A stretch of DNA of 63,721 nt, the filler included, from Octopus bimaculoides (lineage: Eukaryota), in assembly GCF_001194135.2 (NCBI RefSeq). It is 7 parts of 7 records of this genome, joined end to end, with 100 filler letters (N's around TTAATTAATTAA, not from the genome) between each part and the next. Parts side by side here need not be neighbours in the genome. Positions count along the whole stretch, not along the records: positions 50,915 to 55,445 come from NC_068986.1; positions 55,546 to 59,977 come from NC_068984.1; positions 60,078 to 62,220 come from NC_068987.1; positions 62,321 to 63,721 come from NC_068993.1; 3 more parts are not named here. One strand, written 5' to 3'. This document shows positions 51,233 through 63,721 of the stretch, in pieces; the stretch's first letter is position 1, and every line of letters begins with the position of its first letter. Below the pieces are notes generated by a model, which saw only the letters and a list, made by a program, of their open reading frames with translations, was not told where the DNA came from and did not search any database. Position numbers and translations under genes: made by a program.

Positions 51233-52217
51233 AGGTAGCTAGCTAGACAGATAGATACATAGATGAGGCACGAATGGCGGCAAGCCAATACACATACATA
51301 GAAATAATTACTGGTTCGTCCAAAATTACCCCAGTAAATTCCGAGTAGAAAAACATGAATCTACGGATCTAAATGATGTGTAAATATCTCATCTGATGAA
51401 GTGACGGTTAAGTGTTTGTGCGTTGCAATATGTATACAGACTGTTTCAGCGTTTTGGGCTTTTGAAAACATGTTTTAGAAAATTTCCCTGAAGCGTTCTG
51501 TATGTTACTATATATACCAAACAGTTGCTAATCAAACTTAAAACTCTCAACAGAATAAAATCATCGGGAGAAATGTAAAACTATTTCTTGTCCTGCGATA
51601 TCTCCTACAGAAGGAGATAAAAGTGTGTCCCTCATAGTTTCTTTTGAAACTTCTGTCTCATTATTAACATATGACAGTGGGCAAACACGAACGTTTTGAA
51701 AATAATGGTGTTTCTATTTTCACCATCAGCATTATCAGTGGCGTCATAATTATCATATACTACATCTTCATAGTTTTCATTATAATTCTAAGTTTTCATC
51801 ATTATTACTATTGTTATTATTGTCGTCATTATCATCTTCGTCATGAAATTTATTGAACAATATAAATGCTTGTTTATGCAAAAAAATCGATGTCATTCAT
51901 GTGTTTGTTGAGACCAAGCCCTTCATTAGTACTAGTGGGAAATCTTCACACTCTTTTCTCTTTCAATCAACATGTCTTCCTGAAACACACCGTAGTACAT
52001 ATGTCAATCATTATCAGTCAGCCATCTAAAGATATCAGTTTTAAAATTTATATTTTTAAAAATTATTTTTAGTAGTTGGAATCTCTTGCATTGTGCTGAA
52101 CAATAACAATTAATACTATTAAAGTTTCAAAATATTGTCGGTGTTAATACCTCGGTATGATTGCAGTCGTGATAACGTTGAAAGAGAGATGCTATTATTT
52201 GTTTCATGAAATATATA

Positions 52218-52517
52218 TCTATCTAAACGAAGGTATCAGCATCACACATTAAAATAGAAATTAGGTAAATATTATATAATATGGCATCACACTAAAAAAA
52301 AATGTTGGTTCACAGAATACTCTTTAAAACGAATAACATATTCACTACTTATCTTCTGCTTGCAACATATCTAATAAATGCACAAACTGGGCGAGTGGTA
52401 TATATTTGCCTGTAATTAATATTAAATTCTCAGTCCAAGGTTATCATGAATAGGTTCACTCAAATAAATATTTCAGTGAGAAATTCCGCACTGTAGCGAA
52501 GCATAGGCATACTAGGC
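52218..52517 (+). mobile_element. Possible non-autonomous Helitron
   Basis: TC-starting 5' end and a degenerate 3' motif GTAGCGAAGCATAGGCATACTAG. The hairpin is imperfect and the following base is not T. Confidence 0.3.
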
Positions 52518-52893
52518 ACACAATCTACAATTTTTTGCAAATAATTCTAAAGGGAATGATTAAAAAATATAAATTGATATACGAATAACGTGTCAAATAC
52601 GTGATACAGAAATTGATTTTATCTCTGTATAGCTCGTATACAATATATAACGTTTGCACATCTGAAATACTGAAAATCTGAAAAATATGAAATCAACTAT
52701 TTTTATCATTCAAAGTAATTTTCTATTAAGTCGAATGCAAGCATTGCAACCCGAATTCAGCATTCACAGTTGATCTCTTTTAGGTCAATGAATTTTCCAT
52801 AAAAATGTTTGGAACTATTTACACTCTTACATAATAAACAAAGCAGGCAGACACACAGGCAAGCCCAGATTTACAAGCACACACACACACACA

Positions 52894-52962
<69 letters not shown>

Positions 52963-53929
52963 ACACACGTATAAACCCAAGCCCCATTTACATTAAATTC
53001 TTTGGATCTTTTAAATTTTTATACATCAACTTCTTCCTTTCCGCAATATTCCTCACTTCACCAAAATGTGTGTAGACTATTAGCAAATCACCACTAGCTT
53101 ATAACTAGGAGCGAAAACGAAATGTAAATTTTATAAATTTTGAATCATGTTACCTTTCCTCATGTGGCTCCATGCACTGTGCATTGCATCTGATGTCGTT
53201 ACATTGTCCCACACCCACTTGTGAAGAGTGCAGGAGGAAGCCGAAACGATTGTTGTGCTAAATAATGCTCCTAGTTATATACCGTCTTCAATCATTATAC
53301 ATACATATATATAATAATAATAATAACACACTCGCCACACTGACATATAATGGGACTACACCCGAGTAAATAATACTAATTAAAAGTGTTGGACTATATC
53401 CGAGTAAGTCCTTATTGGACTTATATCCGGTTAAGTACACATCAAAAACACGTAAGTACGTAAACTAATTAAATATGTTCGCACCCCAGTTTTACATGAA
53501 TACTTTTTTATATTTCGAAATAAGATTAAGTAACGTATTAATAATTCACACATAAAAAATAAATTGAATAAAAGCAAATGACAAAAAGGAGTCATTATTG
53601 ATCGCAAATGCATTAAACAAATATATAAACATGTGTATGTGTGTGCGTATTAGCTTTTTACTTGTTTCTTTGTCTCGTTTGACTACATTTATTTGTTTAT
53701 AATTATAGAAGCGGTGCTTTATCGAATTGTCTAGGCTAACAGATAAGTCCCGCAGACAGGTACTAACACGAGAGTGTTAATGTCAATTAGCAAAATCTCA
53801 TGTCAGATTAGAGGAAATATTAACAATGGCAATAGTAAAAAAAAATGAAAATAATATCAGTGATGATAATAGTATTAATGAAAGGAAGCTGTTAGAATCT
53901 CTACATGTGCCGATCATCGGTGCATCTTT

Positions 53930-55055
53930 GATGGCATCACACTAAAAGCACTGTTAACTGCGCAACCTGATAATCTCTGCCTCATATGAGTGACAATGAA
54001 AAAACAAAATATTGTGAATAACGGTGGTAATGAAACTGAAGCCTTTGATGATAAAAGTGTTGCACTCTGCAGGCTCAGGGACACCAACCCGATTCCAGCC
54101 TGTCGCTTTCCAGCAATGGACCAGCACACACGGCGTGGATGGATTAAACAAGTCGCTGCTGTAGTCATAGAATATTACTACCTGAGCAACTCTGTAAACG
54201 AAAATGGTGCACATATTTGGGTATACCGACATCGTATATATGATCAATACAGAGAAAGATGATTGTTTAAACTCACGGAACAGAGTTTATGTGATCAAGC
54301 CAGAGCAATAACAAAAAAAAAAAAAAATGTTGGTTCACAGAATAGATCTCGAAGCTATAGAAAGACGGGTATTGGAATATAGCAGCTGAGGTAACGATTA
54401 AAATACGGTTCTTACGGATAAAAGTAATCTCATAGCAGAAAACAGAGGTGAAATCTCTCATAAACCACAGTAAAGGAACAATGATCGCTTGCTGGATTAG
54501 AGACATATAGGTGGTTTGGAAGAAGACAATAAAATTAATAGTACGGGCAAAAGACAATCTACGACAGAATAAAAGCAAGGCTAAAGGAGAACGATAGCAA
54601 TATTATTTGCACCTTAAAAAGGTTCATCGGTGGAAATTGAACCAAGAAACGAAAAATGTAAATGAAATGCTGAAATCTATTAGAGCAAAAACCAGCACAG
54701 AGACCAACAATTTGATCAAGGCAGCAAGTATTGCTGTATCAGAAAATGTAGGTGCTGATGTTAAGAAAAAGAAATATAATGGAAGTGACAAAAGGAAAGA
54801 TCCATGGCGGAAAAGAAGAATACAGGTGGGGTTAGATATGCCAACCGAAAAGGGGACGGGGAGCTTAAAAGTGAACGAAAATACAGGGTACTGAACAGGA
54901 AGTATGATATTGAGGGAAAGGGCCTAAAAGTGGTAATGGATGAAATGAAACAGCGGCCCATTGCAAAGAAAGCAATGATGGTAAGATACGACCAAATAAT
55001 GACGGGAAACCAGCAGAATAGGTTATTCAGTGTAGATCAGAAGAGATTAGTGTAA
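53930..55055 (+). mobile_element. R4/Dong element N-terminal region relic
   Basis: YRHRIYDQYRER*LFKLTEQSLCDQARAIT..CWFTE.DLEAIERRV; ETKNVNEMLKSI..TETNNLIKAAS; NRKYDI..QQNRLFSVDQKRL. Confidence 0.75.
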
Positions 55056-55545
55056 CGCAAGTCGCAATTGCAAGTAAGTTAGTTATGAATCCGAGTATAT
55101 CTGCCCACTATTTATTTCGTACGTTGCGTAGTCAGAAAGTTTGAAGGTATAATCCCTATTACACTTTGAAATCAAACAAGTGGTTTACATGAATTTTTGT
55201 GACGTTGATGTAAGTAGCATTTGCATAGTTTGTCTTTAATCTGAAGAATATCAGAGGATTACATGCACTTATCTAATTCCATGTTTCACCAGATGTATAA
55301 CTTCGATCATCATAGAATCAATTGAATTCTGCGAAATTGCATTATGGATTTGACTATCAAGTCATAACTATCGATTATATTTTCTGTTCTAAATTTATTA
55401 ACCTGACACAATCTCTCCATCTAGAGACGTATATGTGTGTATATANNNNNNNNNNNNNNNNNNNNNNNNNNNNNNNNNNNNNNNNNNNNTTAATTAATTA
55501 ANNNNNNNNNNNNNNNNNNNNNNNNNNNNNNNNNNNNNNNNNNNN

Positions 55546-55619
<74 letters not shown>

Positions 55620-55621
<2 letters not shown>

Positions 55622-55932
55622 GTGGCTGATTCCTGCCTAGCTCAGACACTAGGAAACCCCAATATGGCAGAAATTCACACGGTAATGTTCATAGGAACTG
55701 CCATATCCTACGTAAAATGCTGTCTATGTAATCTCAAATTTTAGTGCAAACTCATGAATTTCTTGTGTTTCATAAACATTTTCTAGACCGATACTATGTG
55801 CAACATCTTAGGCATATATGACACCCTAAGCATAATACCAGCATGAACTTCTAGCTTGTTGTCTCTCGAGGTCTCTCGATGACACCTGGAGTTAACTTGT
55901 ACAAATACAAAGCAAAAGTGAAACATATAGTA
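55620..55932 (+). mobile_element. 5'-truncated R4/Dong 3' end (second subfamily) with (AAT)n on both sides
   Basis: GNPNMAEIHTVMFIGTA.ILRKMLSM*, then a UTR different from 49072-49255. Confidence 0.75.
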
Positions 55933-56795
<863 letters not shown>

Positions 56796-57549
56796 AATAA
56801 TAACGTAAAATATAGTATTGACCATTCTAATGCTGCACCCAGCACCTATACCGAATGTCTTTATACTGAAAATCTTTAGATCTCAATTTCACCTCACCAC
56901 CTCCCTTAGAATATTGATAACAGTATTGTTAATAAAGACAATAAGGATAATAATGGAGATAGTAATTGTGGTGACAATAAGCATACTGCTGTTTGTAGAG
57001 GTTGTAATAATGTTGCCGGTAGTGTTTTTATTCATAGTTGTAATAATAATAACTATAATAATACACCAGATTACTTTTAATGATATTAGTAACGTGGAAT
57101 CTAGTACCAACTATTTCATGGTCGGTTGTTGGCAACTAAACATTCAAACCTACTAAGCGCTTCCTGGTAATAATGCTGGTCTTCGTTGGATAAACTGCCG
57201 GACAAAAACCAAAACATGTTAAAGGGTGGATGAACGCACTAAAGCTGAGAGCTATGACGTATTTAATTATTTCGGTGCTGTGAGAATAAATACTCTATAT
57301 TGCGTCCTGCGCATGATAAACTTGCTTCAACGTGAGCATAGATGCTGCTTGGAAGACTTAGATGATAGCCTGCCTAGTAATGGTGACACGATACAAATGC
57401 TGGACGGTGATAACATCAAAACACACATCTTAATTATGAGAGAAATGCTAATAATGAAAATTAGTCGTTATGGTGTGAACGAGGATGGAATTTTTAGCGA
57501 ATGTCGCATTCGTAAGGTGTCTTCTGGATCAGTAAAACTTGTCGAGTCA

Positions 57550-59068
57550 TAATCAAGCTACTGCTGACCCACAACAACGAAATAGATTAAGGTGCTCAAA
57601 GAAAAGGGCAACAAATTGTCGTCAAATGCCTTATTACAAGAGACCCAGTGGAAAGCGGCAATAGTGAAAGTTTACTAGAGCCCTGAAAAAGAAAAATACC
57701 CATATGATGAGCTGAAGGACGTAAGTGAACAAAGATTGGATGATCTGATTACCCAAATTAAGATCAACAAGTGGTTAGAAAAGACGGAACAAGAGGCGAT
57801 TATCATGAAAATGCGAACAGAACTGCAGGGACTACTGTTCCAGACGAAATTGTCATGGAATAGAACCTATAGAACTTGGGCATGGATTCAGGAATTCTAC
57901 CTTAAATGGAAGATATCAGTGTACCTCAAACTCTAAAGTCAACGGAAGAAATTAGCTCAGAACTAGCTAATCTCGGCGACAGAATTCTTGGATTTATGTT
58001 TCATGAGGAAAATGTTACCGATTTTGCAGGCAGCTGCCAGAGTAAAGCTACGATCAGAACTAAGGAATGCGAATGAAGTCATCACGAGAATTCTAATAAA
58101 AGATATTAACAGTTCAAAATTATTGATGTTTGCCACTGCTTATGTCATCACAGGAAAGATGGGAAATTTATAGAAAAGAGAGTTCGAAGAAACATTGAAA
58201 CCATTTTGGAAAAGGATAATAAAAGAAAGCATTGATACATGGCGGAAGAAGTAAGTAGATGAAATATGCTGAATGAAAGAGAACACAATTGCTTGAATAA
58301 GAAATAGCATTTGGTGGATAGAGTCACTCTGTTTATATTGGACATGTTAATAAAATATCAAAGTGAGTTGAGTGAAGATCAAAAGATACGATGAAATATG
58401 CCTAAAGTTTAAGTAAAATCAATTGTTTAGAACAAATTAGTTCTTTTATGTGATTCTTGAACGGGGAGATAAAGAAAAAGCAGAGTTGTCTGACCCCAAA
58501 GAAGCCATTCGTTTCGAGATTCTCAAATACAATAACAGGACACGTTACACCATGAATAGGAGAATTTAGTGACCTGCAGATTCAAGAGAACGTTACCATC
58601 AAGTCGGTATTGGGTAGATAGGAAATTGGAGGGTAATAGGCCCAGATGTAGTTCAGATTTCTGCTTCAAAGTTTTGCCGAATTTACATTATAAACTACAA
58701 TATCTCATGCAAGGCACGTATACCAGTGAATTAAGGTACGCAGAATGGATGGGCAAAAGATAGTTCAGTAACTGTTTTCCGATTGCTTGTCTAATTATGA
58801 TGTGGAAGCTTCTAAGTGTAATAACGAGGAAGAAATTGTATGACCATGAAAGAAATTAATTGTTTGCGGATGAACAGAAAAGAGCACAAGAAACAAATGA
58901 ACAGAAAGGAGCACTAGGAACAAAAAATCAGTTGGCTCTTGGAATATTTGAAGACGCTGGGAATTATTGAGAAGATAAACAACTCTTTGAATAAACAATG
59001 AGAGTGTGAAGAAGTGATATGTGCAAATGATTTTCTACGCAACCTGAAAATTGGGGATTTTCCAAAGA

Positions 59069-59123
<55 letters not shown>

Positions 59124-59133
59124 NNNNNNNNNN

Positions 59134-59184
<51 letters not shown>

Positions 59185-59900
59185 CTTCGTCATTGTGCTA
59201 ATCCCTCTGACAAGTATACTGAGAACATCCTGATTTGCTTATATATCTTTAACAAATCCAAGCGGTGGATATATCATTCACGTTATATGTGTGATCTGAA
59301 ATTATAAACGACATATTGTACAGACCTAGATCATTTCACCCAAACAATGAAAGGATTTAGAAAAGATACCAGAATGTAGTTTGGTGCGCAGTACTAATTA
59401 TGAAAAGAGGCCAGTAGATAAAATCTGATGGTTTAAAACTACCACAAGGCATATTTAGACCGCTGTGGAATAATGAGAGTTACAAATAACAAGGAGAGCT
59501 TCGAGACGATAGGATAATGGAGGGAGTAGAGAGAAAGACATTTAAGAGTACAAGAGGAGATTAAGGAAGGTGCTCGAAACACAGTTACATGGAGGGAACA
59601 TCGTTTCAAAGTCACAAATGCATGGGCTATGCCAGTATTGAAATTCACTGTTCCTGTTCTGAAATGGATAAACATCGAGCTACGAGCAGAGAGAAGAACA
59701 GGTAAGATACTCACTAAAGCAATACTGACCCATTGAGCCTACCAAGAAAGAAAGGTGACATAGGATTAGCTAAGTGCAGTAGAGGGTGTTATAATACGAT
59801 ATTGGGTCTACAAGTGTGTTGTGCAGAGTAAATAAGGAGTACTCTTGGAACGAGCTCGAATCTCTACTAGGCTTTGGTGAATAGTGGAACTCAAACATTG
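57550..59900 (+). mobile_element. Degenerate R4/Dong element: N-terminal region and RT domain
   Basis: NANEVITRILIKDINSSKLLMFATAYV; FPIACLIMMWKLL; GIFQRDSLS[(CT)n]..FVIVLIPLTSILR; NAWAMPVLKF..IELRAERRTGKILT. Confidence 0.75.
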
Positions 59901-60248
59901 GCAAGTGTGTCAAAACCTCGATGATGTTACTGTCACACACCTTCATATATGTATATACATATATATATATATATATGNNNNNNNNNNNNNNNNNNNNNNN
60001 NNNNNNNNNNNNNNNNNNNNNTTAATTAATTAANNNNNNNNNNNNNNNNNNNNNNNNNNNNNNNNNNNNNNNNNNNNTTTATTAAAAACTAAAATTATTT
60101 GTAATACTGGTTTCAAATATTTGGCAAGCAACTTTAGGGGAGAGACTAAGTCCATTAAATGGACCCCAGTGTTCAAATGGTACTTTAATAATAATAATAA
60201 TAATAATAATAATGATGATGATGATAATGATAATGATAATAATAGATT

Positions 60249-60470
60249 ATGATAGAGATTATGATTCAGTGCGACCATGAGATAGAGAATAGGAAGCCAG
60301 ATATAGTCTTAATTGAGAAAGAAAACAAACTCTACTGGATCAGAGATATAGCATGCCCAGCTGACAACAAGGTATGCGATAAGGAAGAAAGAAAAGTTGA
60401 GAAATCTTACAGGTTAGCTTGGGAAGTTAAGTAGTTGTGGTCGATGAAAAAAGTAGCAGTAGTACCAATA
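60249..60470 (+). mobile_element. R4/Dong RLE endonuclease fragment
   Basis: IQCDHEIENRKPDIVLIEKENKLYWIRDIACPADNKVCDKEERKVEKSYRLAWEVK*LWSMKKVAVVP. Starts right after (AAT)n. Confidence 0.85.
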
Positions 60471-60499
60471 CTTTTCCGGCGTGCTAACAACTCTGCCAG

Positions 60500-61649
60500 C
60501 TCACCGCCTTAAAAAGTATTTGTAATATTGATTTCAAATTTGGGCCCAAGGCCAGTAATTTCGGGAGTGGGGGGTAAATCGATTATATCCACCCCAGTAC
60601 TGAACTGGAACGTATTTTATCGTCCGCGAAGGATGAAAGGTAAAGTTGACTTCGGCAATTATTTGTAATATAGGCATAAGGCAGGCATTTGATAGGGTTG
60701 GGGTTAGCAGGTAGCATCAAGTCCACTACTTGGCTGCAACTTTATTCACTGTATTGACTTCAGAAGGCTTAAAGAAAAAAGATTGACGGACCAGCGGGAA
60801 CATATACCTCAAGGTATTTCGTCCGGCGGTCAAACAATCCTGCTAATACACTGTAGTTTATACTAATTATTGCTGATTTAAGCACAAGGACAGCAGTTTT
60901 GAAGAAAAGGGCTAAATCGATACCATTGACCATAATACTCAAATGGTATTTTATTTTATCGATCTGGAAAGGATGAAAGACAAAGTTAACTTCGACAAGA
61001 TTTGAATTCAGAACGTAAAGGTTCGGAGGTTCAGAAGAAATACCGCAAAGCACTTTTCCCGACTCTCTAACGATTCTGCCAGCTCACCACCTTAATAATA
61101 TTAATAATAATAATAATAATAACCCTTTCCAGTATAAGCACAAGGCCTGATATTTGGGGGGAAGAAGCTAAGTTGATTACATCGACCCCAGTGCTCAATT
61201 CGTTCTTATTTTAGCCACCCCAAAAGGATGTAACGTAAAGTCGACCTCAGCAGAATTTGAACTCAGGACATAAAGACGGGTGAAATGCGGTTAAGCATCT
61301 TCTCCGGCGTGCTAACGATTCTGCCAACATGCTGCTTTTTTTTAATAATAATAAAAAGAAGAAGAAGAAGAAGAAGAAGAAGAAGAAGAAGAAGAAGGAG
61401 GAGGAGGAGGAGGAGAAGGAGGAGAAGAAGAAGAAGAAGAATCCTTTCTACTATAGGCAGAAGGCCTGAAATTTTGGGGGATGGGGAAAGTCGATCACAT
61501 CGACCCCAGTATTTGACTGACACTTAATTTATTAACTCAGAGAGGATGAAAGGCAAAGTCAACCACGGCGAAATTTGAACTCAGAACGTAAAGACAGACG
61601 AAATACCGCTAAGTATTTTTCCCTGCGTGCTAACGATTCTGCCATCTCG
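60500..61649 (-). mobile_element. Four co-oriented SINE A copies (about 60500-60660, 60890-61092, 61121-61330, 61440-61649)
   Basis: All are reverse complements of the A consensus, separated by (TAA)n or (GAA)n. Confidence 0.85.
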
Positions 61650-62320
61650 TTTGTGCAGCATTCGGGATGACCGAGAGGTCCGAAGCGCAGCGTTCTGTTC
61701 ACAATCCAGTTTTCCAGGAATAGGTTCCTATCCTGCATCTGACAACATTTGATGAGTAAGAGACTGGATGTTCATGTGAAAACAGCGATGCATAGTGTTT
61801 CTGATGTTGTTTCTACATAAGGATTAATTACGTTAAGTGTGCAAATGTTTGTGAAATATTCCACCACTTTACATGCTAATGCAATGATCAGGTAGTCCAC
61901 TTGATTGAACAACTTGAACACTCACTGTCGAAACCGACGAAGATCCATTGTTATACTACAGAGGTGTGAAAGATGAGAGGAAAAAATTGATTATATTAAT
62001 CATGTTGATCTAGCACTTTATAGGACCGTTATTTTACCGTAGATTTAAAAACAATTTTTAGAGTTTTTTTTTAAATCAAATTTTAGTTTTTAATTTCATT
62101 ATTGATGTATTAGAGAGGCCCAAGATCTTTCATTTGGTGGAAGTGTATAATAGATTTTGCGTTGGGTCCTCATCTTCTTGGCGGAGACGTAGGGACGCCT
62201 TCATCACGTACCGCATGTCTNNNNNNNNNNNNNNNNNNNNNNNNNNNNNNNNNNNNNNNNNNNNTTAATTAATTAANNNNNNNNNNNNNNNNNNNNNNNN
62301 NNNNNNNNNNNNNNNNNNNN

Positions 62321-62390
<70 letters not shown>

Positions 62391-62721
62391 ATATACTCTT
62401 CCATTGTAGGCTGCAGAATTCAAAGTATACTCATTTTTATACACCCGTGTCTGAAGTAAAGCAAACCATGCATAATGTTGTAAGCAAAATCGAAAAGTCG
62501 TAAATTATGTTTAAAGGGCAAAAACCAATATGTTCTGTATTCTGCCGGCCTTGTAAGGTCTTCATGTCACAATGTTTACATTGCATGTTATAATATTATC
62601 GCTCTAACTTTATTTAAGCGTATTGAGGCCTCTCGTAAACATGCCACGTAAGCGATACTTTTGATCTGTTTGAGGTATATTTGAAATTATCTATCTATCT
62701 ACCTATATATCTATGTACCTA

Positions 62722-62757
<36 letters not shown>

Positions 62758-63721
62758 CACACAGACATATCTATCTATATATGATGAAGATATCTCATTA
62801 ATGCTACACACACACATACGTACATACATTCATACATATATATATACACACACATATACATATATATATATTATGTATATTACAAACATACACACACACA
62901 CGCACACATATATATGTATACACAGATAGAGATACAGATACACACACATACACGTACACACACAAATACATCTCAGCGCGCGTGCGTGGGTGTTGGAAAT
63001 AGAAATTTTGTCTAGAACAATAAATATACATTTGTTGTTCTCAAGTAAAGCTAAATTTATGTAATACTTTGCTAGTCTCGCCTCGACTCCTGTCTATAAC
63101 CTAGCGTTTACAATAAACTACATATATTTAAAATGAAGCCATGTACACCGAAAATATCCTTACAATACAATCTCGACATTCTGACAAAATACAACGTTCT
63201 GAAACATGCATACGTATGTGTATGAAACAAGAGACGGAAAATATAAACTTAAGTGCGTAACTGCTTTCATATCTTAAGTTACTTTTAATAAGAACTTTAA
63301 GAAGTAAAAAAATGAAACGAAATGTTAAGCATATGTTATGTCTTCATTCTTTATACGAAAAATGAATGAGCCAATCACAAAGCTGCTTATATCGAAATAT
63401 ATTGATGTGTCAACCACTACAATGAGAGGTCCTCGTTCACATGACAGTCGTTACAGCGACACGTATTTACCGATGTTGATCGAGAAAGCGACGCTAGAAG
63501 AGAAGACACGTGTACGTAACTCGCTGGCTTATTTGGAACGTGCACACGCGCAGTCAGGTACATGCATGCATACACATACGCATGCACATGCACTCTCGCG
63601 CACCCGCAAACAACACACACACAGAAACACAGACTGTGACTGATGCTAAAAAGAGGATTAATAATGGAAATACCACAGACACACAGACACACACATGCAT
63701 ACATACATGGATATATATATA

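Noticed and set aside
53727-53775. HDV-like ribozyme near the 5' end of the R4 relic
   Set aside because: A P1-like pairing and CTAAC are present, but no P3 or P2 could be formed.

Overview
This is eukaryotic, AT-rich, repeat-saturated genomic DNA. Roughly 10-11 kb is N gaps, and six 100-bp spacers (44 N + TTAATTAATTAA + 44 N) are artificial. The SINE/microsatellite landscape looks like a cephalopod (Octopus-type) draft assembly, which is inference from recalled repeat families and not a database hit. No intact protein-coding gene is supported: the ORF track is almost all microsatellite or N read-through. The one confidently identifiable gene is a mir-184 precursor (mature 3p at 8661-8682, exact 22-nt match to the recalled mature sequence, good hairpin, CNNC motif). 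The rest is relic mobile DNA: many tRNA-derived SINEs, R4/Dong-type RLE LINE fragments tied to (AAT)n arrays, RTE, L1/Tx1 and CR1/Jockey-group LINE pieces, and a DD37D-like Tc1/mariner fragment. The most unusual observations are: (1) a ~360-bp foldback element at 22972-23330 whose symmetry axis is a hammerhead-ribozyme-like core; (2) a Penelope-type minimal hammerhead at 46961-47005; (3) an abundant SINE segment that resembles mature miR-184; (4) a possible SINE-tail/(AAT)n/Dong target-site feedback loop. Repeat boundaries are approximate, read by eye.
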